Source: a virus
Lineage: Duplodnaviria; Caudoviricetes
Direction: 5' to 3' (one strand)
DNA: 40,041 nucleotides
Virus record (IMG/VR): IMGVR_UViG_3300010376_000071
Location: 1 to 40,041 of that record
A model generated the notes under the pieces. The model made no database searches and was not told where the DNA came from. It worked only from the letters and a program-made list of their open reading frames with translations. Shown in pieces: positions 20,267-28,653 of the stretch. The position numbers were made by a program, and so were the translations under genes. Every line of letters begins with the position of its first letter. Within the stretch, counting starts at the first letter, position 1.

Positions 20267-20492
20267 CCGAGATCCTGATCTTCCCGACCATGTTCATCTG
20301 ATCGTCCGCGCGCGGAGGCGGCTCGCGGAACGCGACCGGCTCGCGCACGGGCAGAACTTCGGGTCGCTGGATGCGGTCGGCGAGGACGCGGCGCTCTTGG
20401 GCATTGTCTCTCTCGCGCGCGCGCGTGTAACTAAGGAAGACGATGACGACGACCGCGAGGGCGACGGCTTCGGTGACGGCGACGACGGTCAT
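20259..20492 (-). CDS. Small single-TM protein (77 aa)
   Basis: Hydrophobic N-terminus (AVALAVVVIVFLSY) followed by ERRVLADRIQRPE. Confidence 0.65.
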   Translation of the reverse strand: MTVVAVTEAVALAVVVIVFLSYTRARERDNAQERRVLADRIQRPEVLPVREPVAFREPPPRADDQMNMVGKIRISDG

Positions 20493-20900
20493 CTAGAACC
20501 CCACGTTGATCGTGACAAGATTGCCGGCGCCGTCGCGGACGAATCCGCCCGAGAACGCCTCGGCGCCCGACAGCGGCCCCGCCACATCCACCGTGGTCAC
20601 GAGACGCCCGGCCACGTCGCGCATGAACCCGCCCGAGGACGCAACCCCGCCCGAGGTCACGACCGACAGCCGCCCGACCGAGTCGCGGACGAACCCGCCG
20701 GAGATCTGCTCGGTGCCCGTCAGATTGCCGCCCGGCGAGGCGACTATCAGCAGGCGGCCGTCGACGTCGCGGACGAACCCGCCGCTGTAGGCCTCGGTCG
20801 CCGACAGCGGCGCGTTCGCGGCCTCGGTGACCGTCACTAATCTTCCGTAAGGATCTCGGACGAACCCGCCCGACAGGCTCTCATTCGCTGCCAGCGCCAA
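20493..20900 (-). CDS. Protein made of five SGGF(V/M)RDxxG(R/N)L repeats (135 aa)
   Basis: Five internal repeats are visible in the translation. Confidence 0.7.
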   Translation of the reverse strand: MALAANESLSGGFVRDPYGRLVTVTEAANAPLSATEAYSGGFVRDVDGRLLIVASPGGNLTGTEQISGGFVRDSVGRLSVVTSGGVASSGGFMRDVAGRLVTTVDVAGPLSGAEAFSGGFVRDGAGNLVTINVGF

Positions 20901-21258
20901 CCGTCATCCTTTCCCCGACCAGTCCGCGGAGCATCTCGTTCTCGGCCGTGAGGCGCTCGCACTCGGCGTTCAGTTCGCCGACAACCTGCATGTGCTCGCG
21001 GTGCGTCTGCGGCCTGAACTCGAGGCACTCGGCCATCTCCCGCACGCACGACTCGCACAGGCAGCAGCGATCGAGCACCGCGACGATCGCCATCGACCCG
21101 TGCTCGCGGACCTCGCCGCGCTCGATCGGCATCCCGAGGTCGATGAACGCCGTCTCCGCGTCCGCGCCTCTGAGGCATGCGGCGCAGAACGGCGGCTTGG
21201 GGTCGGCGAGCTTCGCCCGCCAGGCCGGGGTGACGATCTCTTTGCGCTGCCGGGTCAC
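20881..21258 (-). CDS. Zn-binding hypothetical protein with C-terminal coiled coil (125 aa)
   Basis: CAAC...CESC; GTGA-coupled. Confidence 0.65.
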   Translation of the reverse strand: MTRQRKEIVTPAWRAKLADPKPPFCAACLRGADAETAFIDLGMPIERGEVREHGSMAIVAVLDRCCLCESCVREMAECLEFRPQTHREHMQVVGELNAECERLTAENEMLRGLVGERMTVGAGSE

Positions 21259-21461
21259 GACTGCCCCCGGAGCTGAGCCATGCGCATCGCCAGCGCCTGC
21301 GCCGCCGGGCTCGAGCGCAGCCCGGGCAACAGCGGCGTCCCGCTCGGCGGGGAGGTGAGCGCCGGGGCGGCGCCCGTGGTCGTCGCCGACGTCCCGGCCT
21401 GCAGCAGCTGCGCCTGACGGCGGCGCTGCGTGATCGCGTCGTCGAGCGGGGTGTACGACAT
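21255..21461 (-). CDS. Small hypothetical protein (68 aa)
   Basis: TGATG coupling at the start and GTGA coupling at the end. Confidence 0.55.
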   Translation of the reverse strand: MSYTPLDDAITQRRRQAQLLQAGTSATTTGAAPALTSPPSGTPLLPGLRSSPAAQALAMRMAQLRGQS

Positions 21462-21643
21462 CAGCGGTAGCCGGGGCCGCGACCGGCGACCGGCCCGCGG
21501 GCGCGGGCGAGCGCGATCCGGGTCGCGAGCCCGGTCGAGCCGCGCTGCGTGAGCGCCGACGGCCGGAGCGGCATCTGCGGCCGCGGGGCGCCGACGCGAG
21601 TGAAGCCGGCCATGGGGGGGACGGCCGGACGGGGAGTTGCCAT
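21461..21643 (-). CDS. Small basic Pro/Arg-rich protein (60 aa, MATPRPAVPP...)
   Basis: AAAGG SD-like sequence before ATG 21643; coupled to the next gene. Confidence 0.55.
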   Translation of the reverse strand: MATPRPAVPPMAGFTRVGAPRPQMPLRPSALTQRGSTGLATRIALARARGPVAGRGPGYR

Positions 21644-21666
21644 GTCTTCGCCTTTCAGGTCGACGG

Positions 21667-23268
21667 CTAGTGCCAGAATTGCCCCGGGCCGTAGCCCGAG
21701 GACAGCGTCTTCGATCGCTTCCCGAGCTTCGCGACGCGCTCCATGTGCCGCTTCAGCATCCGCTGCTGCGGCGTCGCCTCCCCGGTCTCGCGCGGGCGGA
21801 CCGGCGCGAGCGGGCGCTGCATGATCACGTAGCGCAGAGCGTCGAGGAGATGATCGTCGCGCTTGACCGGCTCGGCCTTCGCCTCGTGCTCGCCGCGGCC
21901 GGTGTTCTTCACCCAGCGGTAACGACGAAACTGCCCGAGCAGCTCGGGACAATTCGCGGCCACGAGCAGCCGGCGAGCGTCGATGCGCTCCTTGACACGG
22001 TTGATCCCGGCGCTCACGGCGTTCTGCCCGGGGATCGTGTAGATGCCGTGGTCGGCGAACTCCGACTGATCCGAGCGACCGGTCTGCGCGTTCTTGTTGC
22101 GGCTCGCCGGATCGATCACCGTCCAGTTCACCTGCAGGGGAACGACGTCGTTCTCGGACTTGCGATACCCCCAGCGCAGGTCGCGGCGGCGCATCTCCTC
22201 GCACGCCTCGCGAACGGTCGAGCCGCGCAGCGCGATCTCGTCGAACACCACGAGGTTGTCGTCGAAGTCGAGGTAGCAGTAGACGACGGCGAGCATGTGC
22301 CGCCACCCCGGATCGATCCCGCGAAACACCTCGGCGCCCGGGGGGATGCGATCGATCTGCGGGATCGTCTCCGGCGGATGCGGGTAGATCAGCCCCGAGA
22401 AGGCGACGAACCGCCCGGATTTGCGCGCCTCGCGCTCAGGCCCCGAGTACTTCGCGAGCTGACGCTCCTTGCCTCGCTGCGACAGGTGCGGATTGTCGTC
22501 CATGTCGACGACGACGACCCGGCAGTCCGGCTCCGTGAGCTTCCCGAGCTCCCACGGCTCATACAGCTCGTCGAACAGCCACGCCATCCCCGAGAACGGG
22601 GTGAGGGCGAAGATCTCCTCACCGTCATAGTCCACAAGGCGCATCGCACACTCATTACGTACTTCCTGACGAGGCTCCTCGTCATACACAACCCTGTGCA
22701 AAGCGACCCCGCCGAGCTTCTCCCGGTCCTGCTCAGAGGAGTTGAACTGAATCCACGACCCGTTCTGAAATCTCAGGATGCGCTGAACCTTGTCCCAGGC
22801 ACGATCGAAGCTCTTATGCCTGAACTGACTCTTAGGGCACCACTCGCGAATCTTCTCGTGAATCACCCCGTCAAGCGTCGACGTCAGATCCGGGGTCACG
22901 ATCCTCACCTTGACCGGCGGCTCCCAGCGCTTGAACGCGACCAGGTGCTCAGGAACCGCGTCTCTATCACACACCTGAATCAGCGTGTCCAAGATCGCCG
23001 CCGTCGTCTTCCCCGAACGATTTCCCCCGAAAAACGCCCTGATCGCCGGCCATTCCCCGCTCTCACCTCGCGCGTGAAACGCGAGTTGCTTCTCATGCAC
23101 GCGCTTGCCCGTCAACACCGGGTTGTTGTACATCAAAAGCGGGTTCTCGCGAATCTGCCTCTCGAGCGCCTCGAGCTGCTCGCGAACTCTGTCCTGCTGC
23201 TCAGGATCGAGCGCCTCCAAAGCGTCGAGATCGATCGCAAGCCCGCCGGCGAACGAAGGGGCCTTCAC
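21667..23268 (-). CDS. terL: Terminase large subunit
   Basis: Walker A GGNRSGKT, Walker B VVYDEEP, nuclease GIDPGW and DHLLDALRY; AGGAGG SD. Confidence 0.95.
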   Translation of the reverse strand: MKAPSFAGGLAIDLDALEALDPEQQDRVREQLEALERQIRENPLLMYNNPVLTGKRVHEKQLAFHARGESGEWPAIRAFFGGNRSGKTTAAILDTLIQVCDRDAVPEHLVAFKRWEPPVKVRIVTPDLTSTLDGVIHEKIREWCPKSQFRHKSFDRAWDKVQRILRFQNGSWIQFNSSEQDREKLGGVALHRVVYDEEPRQEVRNECAMRLVDYDGEEIFALTPFSGMAWLFDELYEPWELGKLTEPDCRVVVVDMDDNPHLSQRGKERQLAKYSGPEREARKSGRFVAFSGLIYPHPPETIPQIDRIPPGAEVFRGIDPGWRHMLAVVYCYLDFDDNLVVFDEIALRGSTVREACEEMRRRDLRWGYRKSENDVVPLQVNWTVIDPASRNKNAQTGRSDQSEFADHGIYTIPGQNAVSAGINRVKERIDARRLLVAANCPELLGQFRRYRWVKNTGRGEHEAKAEPVKRDDHLLDALRYVIMQRPLAPVRPRETGEATPQQRMLKRHMERVAKLGKRSKTLSSGYGPGQFWH

Positions 23269-23508
23269 AAAACCTCCTGAAGGTGAAAGACTGAGAAAAG
23301 CGCCGAGGACAGACCCGCCGGCCAGGGCCTCACGGATGAGACTTCCCAGCCGCCGAAGCCTCAGGCGCCAGAGCCGTCAGAGGGGGACTCGCGTCAGATG
23401 GTAAAAGCGCGGGGACCGGCTAGAAGTCCCGGGACCGGGGAGGGCTGACACCTACGTCCTCATCCGGGCGAAGTGCCAACAAACCGGAAAACGGTAAAGA
23501 GGCGAAAT

Positions 23509-23530
23509 GCCCTCTGATATATCAGGGGGC
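23509..23530. repeat. Near-perfect palindrome in the putative terminus/pac region
   Basis: GCCCTCTGATATATCAGGGGGC. Confidence 0.6.
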
Positions 23531-23679
23531 CCGGCGAAAAGTTTGACCTTGCCCGCGCGCAATCGCCTACCCCCGGGCGCGCGCGGCAAGAGCCGGCGTG
23601 CGTACGCGCGGCTTATCGGGCGCTCGATCGGCGCGGCGATGGCGCTGCGGATGTGTCGCACGGTGTGACGCAGACCCTC

Positions 23680-23707
23680 CGAAAAGCCCGTGGGAATAGG
23701 CTTTTCG
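23680..23707. promoter_or_regulatory. Hairpin / protein-binding motif shared with the attP region
   Basis: CGAAAAGCCCGTGGGAATAGGCTTTTCG; 20/22 identical to the reverse complement of 29550-29571. Confidence 0.55.
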
Positions 23708-23835
23708 AGCAATGGGGGGCATTGGTCAAGTGGGTCCTGGGCGATACTCTACGCGCGTGCGAGGTCAAGCGTGGTCTATCCGGCACGCGTGGGGGGTCCT
23801 GACTACTACCGTTGAGGTATCTTTCAGACATTGTC

Positions 23836-23866
23836 TTGACATTGTTGCAACACCGTGCTTTAGTGT
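23836..23866 (+). promoter_or_regulatory. Sigma70-type promoter with palindromic operator, probably giving a leaderless transcript
   Basis: TTGACA at 23836-23841; TG-C-TTTAGT / TAGTGT -10 candidates at 23856-23866; perfect palindrome TGTTGCAACA (23843-23852) in the spacer; ATG at 23872. Confidence 0.7.
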
Positions 23867-23871
23867 GCGAC

Positions 23872-24063
23872 ATGAGCAATTCAAGGATGGATTTCAAACG
23901 GGAGGTTCGCACCGCTATGGGTGGTCGCGGCACTCCCCGCCGGGTCGAGCTCCTGCCGAACGGGTTTTGGCGAGTCGACTGGGTTTCTGGGCTGGTGCGG
24001 CTTTATGAGTCGGATCCGCGGCCGTCGTTCGTTCGCGGATTTGAGCCGGAGCCGCGGTCATGA
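23872..24063 (+). CDS. Hypothetical protein (63 aa, MSNSRMDFKREV...)
   Basis: ATG 5 nt after TAGTGT; ATGA-coupled to the next gene. Confidence 0.6.
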   Translation: MSNSRMDFKREVRTAMGGRGTPRRVELLPNGFWRVDWVSGLVRLYESDPRPSFVRGFEPEPRS

Positions 24064-24773
24064 GCGTTCTCGAGCTTTCCGCGCCGACGTCTCTGAAGGA
24101 TTGGACGTCGGCTTGCGGGATGACGCAGCGGGAGGCTTCCGACATTGTCGGAGGCTTGTCGAAGCCTTCAAAGATGCCCGGGCATGCGTACGGGTTGCCG
24201 GCCGCGGAGTGCGGGGTCGGGTCGCAGCTGCGGGAGAACACTCCCGGCTCGGTGTGCGAGTTCTGCTATGCGCACGAGAACATGTACGCGTTCCCGTCGA
24301 CGCAGATTGCGCAGTACTGGCGTCTGCACTGTCTGTCTGATCCGCGTTGGGTTGATGCGATGGTGTGTCTGATCGGGTGGCAGGAGCGTTCTTCGCGCGT
24401 GTTTCGCTGGCACGATTCGGGTGACCTGCAGGGTGTGTGGCACCTGGACCTGATCGTTGCCGTGGCGGATAGGTTGCCGTGGGTTCGGTTTTGGATCCCG
24501 ACGCGTGAGTTCGCGGTTTTGCGCGTTTGGATGCGTGAGCACGGGGCATTTCCCGCGAATTTGACCGTGCGGCAGTCGGCGGCACTTGTCGGGCATCTGC
24601 CTAACCCTGCACAGGCGTCGGGCGGCCGGGTGTTTTCCGGGGTGGCGCATCCCGGGCAGGAGATCCCCGAAGACGTGCATGTCTGCCCGTCACGATCGCA
24701 GGGGAATGAGTGCGGCGATTGTCGTGCTTGCTGGTCAGCTGATGTGCCCGTTGTCATCTATCCGTTGCACTGA
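24060..24773 (+). CDS. Gp88-like (mycobacteriophage GP88 family) Cys-rich, radical-SAM-like protein
   Basis: LSKPSKMPG.AYGLPA..C..G.......SVC..CYA, FRWHDSGD, W.PTRE, NL.VR.S, CP...QGNECGDCRACW motifs. Confidence 0.8.
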   Translation: MSVLELSAPTSLKDWTSACGMTQREASDIVGGLSKPSKMPGHAYGLPAAECGVGSQLRENTPGSVCEFCYAHENMYAFPSTQIAQYWRLHCLSDPRWVDAMVCLIGWQERSSRVFRWHDSGDLQGVWHLDLIVAVADRLPWVRFWIPTREFAVLRVWMREHGAFPANLTVRQSAALVGHLPNPAQASGGRVFSGVAHPGQEIPEDVHVCPSRSQGNECGDCRACWSADVPVVIYPLH

Positions 24774-24795
24774 AAAACAGAAAAGGAGTTCTGTA

Positions 24796-24954
24796 ATGAG
24801 CCTGAGTCGTCAGGAGCGCATCGAAGAGCTCGCGCAGGTTCTGCGCGAAGCCGAAAAACTCTTGCTGCGCGCGCATCTAATCGCGCGAGATCTAGGGTAC
24901 GCGGATATGGCGGCGCAGCTGTCCGCACTGATCGCAAGCCTGCGCGAGGAGTGA
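24796..24954 (+). CDS. Small helical hypothetical protein (52 aa)
   Basis: AAAGGAG SD before ATG 24796. Confidence 0.6.
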   Translation: MSLSRQERIEELAQVLREAEKLLLRAHLIARDLGYADMAAQLSALIASLREE

Positions 24955-24956
24955 AC

Positions 24957-25187
24957 ATGAAAGAAAAAGAGAACAAGACGACGACGATAGGGATACGCGT
25001 TACCCCTAGCGTTCACGCCGAGATCTCGCGTCTCGCGCGCGAAGCAGGCATGTCACAGTCGAATTTCATCGTCGCGCGCGCGTTAGGGCGCCCTGTGAAG
25101 AGCGCTGATCATGAGCTTCAGATGCTGCGCCGGCGTGTGAAAGAGCTCGAAGGCTGGACGGGGATCGTGCGGAGAGAAGCGTCATGA
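24957..25187 (+). CDS. Ribbon-helix-helix (MobC/CopG-like) DNA-binding protein
   Basis: TTTIGIRVTPSVHAEISRLAREAGMSQSNFIVARAL; GAGGAG SD. Confidence 0.75.
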   Translation: MKEKENKTTTIGIRVTPSVHAEISRLAREAGMSQSNFIVARALGRPVKSADHELQMLRRRVKELEGWTGIVRREAS

Positions 25188-25363
25188 GTGAGGACGCAAT
25201 GATCCCGATGACCGACCTGCGCGCGATAAGGCTGCTCGAGGTTGGAGACTGGTGGCTGCTCCCATGGCTGAAGAATGGAGCGGAGGCCAAGGAACGCCTC
25301 GAGCGCTTGCGCGCCGACCGCAAGCGAATGTGGACTCGAGCTCGCCTGAGCAACACCCGATAA
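25184..25363 (+). CDS. Hypothetical protein (59 aa, [29 protein letters not shown]...)
   Basis: Manual translation; ATGA-coupled start; below the ORF-track cut-off. Confidence 0.5.
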   Translation: MSEDAMIPMTDLRAIRLLEVGDWWLLPWLKNGAEAKERLERLRADRKRMWTRARLSNTR

Positions 25364-25371
25364 CTGACAAT

Positions 25372-25794
25372 ATGTCTATCTGGCAAGACTTCCCATGCAT
25401 CCCGGCCGACGTCGTTCTGACGTTGGCCGGCTATGGCAACCACCGAGCGGTCTATCGCGCGGCCAGGGGCAAGATCCCCGCTGGTCTTGAGATTGACCAT
25501 CTGTGCGGCAATCACGGCTGCGTCCAGGTCGAGCACATGGAGCTCGTGACCCACGCGGAGAACATGCGCCGCTACGGCGATCGGACGACGCACTGCAAGA
25601 ACGGACACGAGTACACGCCGGAGAACACCTATGTGCGTCCGGGCGGAAGCAACCGGGATTGTCGGATCTGCAACGCGGACCGTCAGCGCCGCTGGCGCGA
25701 GCGCAACGCCTTGATAATCGCCGACCGGGACGCAGAGAGGGCTAGAGCCCGCGCTCACGCCGTGGACTCGCGAGAGGCTCACGCGGCAGAATAG
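25372..25794 (+). CDS. HNH endonuclease with C-terminal THCxNGHEY Zn domain
   Basis: HRAVY....[30 protein letters not shown]...[15 protein letters not shown]...RDCRIC. Confidence 0.85.
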   Translation: MSIWQDFPCIPADVVLTLAGYGNHRAVYRAARGKIPAGLEIDHLCGNHGCVQVEHMELVTHAENMRRYGDRTTHCKNGHEYTPENTYVRPGGSNRDCRICNADRQRRWRERNALIIADRDAERARARAHAVDSREAHAAE

Positions 25795-26186
25795 CGCGAG
25801 GTGCGGGTCTTTTGTCGTTCTTTCGCGCGTTCGCGCCTGAGCTCGTCGTCGCGGGCGTAGATCTCGCTCGCGCGCCGCGTCGAGATCACCGCCTCGATCG
25901 CCCCGGTCTCGTCGCGCGCCGCCCGAGCCGGGTTCGTCGTGTAATCGCCACGCTGCGCCGCGGGGTTCGCGGCCAGGTAGATCGGCTTGGGCTGCGCGCG
26001 TTTGAGCTCGAGCGTGTATCCGCGCTCGCCGCGTGTGCAGCTGAGGACGTGTACGCGGCAGACGACGTGCTCTGCGCGCGCGCCGCAGTCGTGATCGCGC
26101 CCGGTCTTGTAGCGGCGCTGCACGTCGACGGTGATGACGCGCCCGGCCTGCAGGAAGCGCAGGCGCCGGCGGTCGACGATGATCAT
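25779..26186 (-). CDS. Hypothetical protein (135 aa)
   Basis: ATGA-coupled start MIIVDRRR; last gene of the leftward early/accessory operon. Confidence 0.55.
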   Translation of the reverse strand: MIIVDRRRLRFLQAGRVITVDVQRRYKTGRDHDCGARAEHVVCRVHVLSCTRGERGYTLELKRAQPKPIYLAANPAAQRGDYTTNPARAARDETGAIEAVISTRRASEIYARDDELRRERAKERQKTRTSRYSAA

Positions 26187-26362
26187 GCGCTTTGCCCCCG
26201 ACTCGTAAGCTCGCGTTCCCTCGCGTTGTGCTCCTTGATGAGCGCGATTGTTTCCTCGCGGGTCAATAGCCAGCGCAACCATACGAAACGCTTTGCCAGT
26301 CTGACCTTCAAGCCCCAACCGCCGCTTTGGCCCACGCGGGCGGGATCAGTAGGAGTAGCCAT
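26183..26362 (-). CDS. Hypothetical protein (59 aa)
   Basis: Fills the gap between coupled genes. Confidence 0.4.
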   Translation of the reverse strand: MATPTDPARVGQSGGWGLKVRLAKRFVWLRWLLTREETIALIKEHNARERELTSRGQSA

Positions 26363-26549
26363 CGTTCTCAATCGAAACAACGTGGTCGGGGTCGATGTAG
26401 ATGGTGCGGCTCGGAGTCGCGTTGTTCTGGAACTCCACGAGCTTCCCGCCGCCTCGTGCGTCGTTGATCGCGCGTGCGACCTGATCGGTACGCAGGTTGC
26501 GATCGAGCAAGTAGCTGTCGCCACTGTCGAGCTTGATGAGGACAGTCAT
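26346..26549 (-). CDS. Small beta-rich hypothetical protein (67 aa)
   Basis: ATGA-coupled; IYIDPDHVVSIE. Confidence 0.6.
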   Translation of the reverse strand: MTVLIKLDSGDSYLLDRNLRTDQVARAINDARGGGKLVEFQNNATPSRTIYIDPDHVVSIENDGYSY

Positions 26550-26797
26550 TCGGTTGCCCCCAGATGTTCTTGGCCGGAGGCCGATACCGCCGACACCTTC
26601 TCGGCGGCCTCCCCGGACCGGCTGAACTCTGCCTGTCCCTCACACGGATCAGCACGCCGACCGGCCCTATCTGTCCGGTCCGGCGCTCCCCGCTCGGCTA
26701 TAGGAAGCTCGTCAACTTCGGTCGAGCCGCAGCGCGGGCACGGCAGCCCCGAAGTCCTGCCGGTGATGCCACACGCTCGGCACACGAGTTGGCTCAT
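26546..26797 (-). CDS. Zn-ribbon protein (83 aa)
   Basis: CRACG...CPRCGS. Confidence 0.5.
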   Translation of the reverse strand: MSQLVCRACGITGRTSGLPCPRCGSTEVDELPIAERGAPDRTDRAGRRADPCEGQAEFSRSGEAAEKVSAVSASGQEHLGATE

Positions 26798-26823
26798 GAG
26801 TCCCTCTCGCGTGGAAGCGTCAT
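26794..26823 (-). CDS. 9-aa mini-ORF MTLPRERDS, coupled at both ends
   Basis: ATGA overlaps at 26820-26823 and 26794-26797. Confidence 0.35.
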   Translation of the reverse strand: MTLPRERDS

Positions 26824-27068
26824 ATCAGCGCCACGAACTTCGTTCCGAGGCAGTCGCCGCAATACGCCCATGGGCGCTCGATGGGACGTCCGCAGTCATC
26901 GCAGGGCTTCGTGAGGGGATCGCCCGCAACCCCCCACGGGTCGTAACGCGGTGGACACGACGCGCCATGCATGCCGCACGGCGCTAGTTGTGGTTCCGAC
27001 CAGTCTTGCCGCGCGCATGCACCACAGGCGCAATGTCGGCCATGAGTGATGCTTTGGCCCACGCTCAT
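26820..27068 (-). CDS. Cys-rich small protein (82 aa)
   Basis: CACGAC...CGMH..C...CDDC...CGDC; ATGA-coupled start. Confidence 0.55.
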   Translation of the reverse strand: MSVGQSITHGRHCACGACARQDWSEPQLAPCGMHGASCPPRYDPWGVAGDPLTKPCDDCGRPIERPWAYCGDCLGTKFVALI

Positions 27069-28477
27069 GGCTCGTACACCACTTGCTGCACGAGCCCCCA
27101 CGGCGCGGTCGCGTACGGCGAGTTCGGGGGATGCCCCCACGGGTTCTCCCAGGACGGCTCGCCGCGGTAATACACCATCTGGCACCCCCAGTCCTCGAGC
27201 AGCCCGAGGTACCACTCCTGCGAGTAGTGCGAGTAGGCGGTCGACAGCGGCTTGGTGCCGGGGAACACGATGTTCCACCCGCCCTGGTCCGAGATGAACC
27301 AGCCGTGATCGCGCATGCCCTTCCACACGAACCGGTCCATCCGCGTCACGAGCTGATCGCCGCAGAGGCTCGCGCCGGCGAGCTCGGGGTACTTCGACAT
27401 CGGCTCGCCCTCATCGGGCAGCGACCACGACGGGTCGAGGCGGAACACGGCGGCCTCGGGCACGCCGTAGCGCCAGCTCTTCTCAGAGCCCTCCCAGTAG
27501 TACGACATCGGGTTGTTCTTCGTGTCGCCGCGCTCGACGGCCGGCGGGATGATCAGGCCGCTCTGCGGCGCGCACCCGGTGCAGCCCGAGAACATGTGAT
27601 TGATGTGGCCGCGGGCGAGATCCTCGAACAGGATGTGCATGCCGATCGGGTCGCAGCCCGAGGACCCGTACATCTGCGGCGGCTTCGCGACGGGCCAGGG
27701 GCGCGCGATGCCGTCGCCCTGGTTGATCCCGCCGTCGGGCTTCTGCGGCGAGTAGAAGCCCGCATTCCCGTAGCCGTAGCGGTACCCGTTCTGCTGTGAG
27801 CGCCAGCCGGCGGGCGGGCGCCAGTTGTCGGAGGTGATCTCGGGGATCGGCGTCTGCTGAGGCATCGAGGGGTCGTCGTGCAGGATCGCGAAGTGCCAGA
27901 ACGTCCACATCTTCCCGGTCTCGGGCTGCCAGATCGACAGGGCGCCGTCGGTGCCGTCCTGCTGCGGGGCGTAGCCGTACCCGTACGGCGGCGGCGCCAT
28001 GAAGCACGACTCGCCGTCGGGACCGACGGGCACCGGCACCTCGGCGCACTCGAGCTGCATCGCCCCGCCCCACTTCGACGGGTCATAGTCGCCCTCGCCA
28101 AAGCTCTGGCCCGACTTCCACACGGCGGGCAGCCCGCCGGCCTCCTGGTTCGGGACCTGCCTGGTGGCCTGGCGATACCAGAACACCGGGACGGTCGGAT
28201 GACCCGCCGGCACGATGTACACCGGGCGCATGAAGTTCCGCCCGCAGGTGATCAGCGCCGAGCGCACCGCCTTGCTCGAGACGCCGTTGTGATCGGGGAG
28301 CTTGTCGTTCATCTGCGCCTGATGACATGCCGCCCAGGCGAACGAGCCGTCCGGGTTCGACTTCGAGCCGGCGTTCGCCGGCGCCTCGGGGGCGGTGATG
28401 TCCCCGCCCGGGTCGATGAACGCGGCGCGGGTGATGTCGCGGTTCAGCCAGCATTCGGCGGCGTACGGGGCGAACAT
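27065..28477 (-). CDS. 470-aa protein resembling an uncharacterised family of bacterial extracellular proteins
   Basis: TGATG-coupled start MFAPYAAECWLN; DGTDGALSIWQPETG, EDLARGHINH, GVPEAAVFRLDPS, HGWFISDQGG motifs. Confidence 0.65.
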   Translation of the reverse strand: MFAPYAAECWLNRDITRAAFIDPGGDITAPEAPANAGSKSNPDGSFAWAACHQAQMNDKLPDHNGVSSKAVRSALITCGRNFMRPVYIVPAGHPTVPVFWYRQATRQVPNQEAGGLPAVWKSGQSFGEGDYDPSKWGGAMQLECAEVPVPVGPDGESCFMAPPPYGYGYAPQQDGTDGALSIWQPETGKMWTFWHFAILHDDPSMPQQTPIPEITSDNWRPPAGWRSQQNGYRYGYGNAGFYSPQKPDGGINQGDGIARPWPVAKPPQMYGSSGCDPIGMHILFEDLARGHINHMFSGCTGCAPQSGLIIPPAVERGDTKNNPMSYYWEGSEKSWRYGVPEAAVFRLDPSWSLPDEGEPMSKYPELAGASLCGDQLVTRMDRFVWKGMRDHGWFISDQGGWNIVFPGTKPLSTAYSHYSQEWYLGLLEDWGCQMVYYRGEPSWENPWGHPPNSPYATAPWGLVQQVVYEP

Positions 28478-28653
28478 CAGCGGCCATGAGCTTTCGCGAG
28501 ATGCGCGTACACGGCGTGCGGCGAGCTGAACGCCTTTCCGCAGCGAGCGCACGAGTAGCTCTTCGTATGTCGATGCACCTTCGTTTTCTTCCAGTCCTCC
28601 CAGGGCATCATGCCGGGCCAGTTATCGACATTCTCAGGCGTTCTAAGACTCAT
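28477..28653 (-). CDS. C2H2 zinc-finger micro-protein (58 aa)
   Basis: Manual translation MSLRTPENVDNWPGMMPWEDWKKTKVHRHTKSYSCARCGKAFSSPHAVYAHLAKAHGR; ATGA coupling at the start and TGATG at the end. Confidence 0.75.
   Translation of the reverse strand: MSLRTPENVDNWPGMMPWEDWKKTKVHRHTKSYSCARCGKAFSSPHAVYAHLAKAHGR

Noticed and set aside
20530-20880. Regularly spaced GTCGCGGACGAACCCGCC repeats resembling a CRISPR mini-array
   Set aside because: The repeats are in-frame codons of a repeat protein with synonymous variation; spacing is uneven and there are no cas genes.
28083-28487. ORF MAADVRPV... or the 28552 start for the 470-aa gene
   Set aside because: TGATG coupling with the C2H2 gene points to ATG 28477 as the start.
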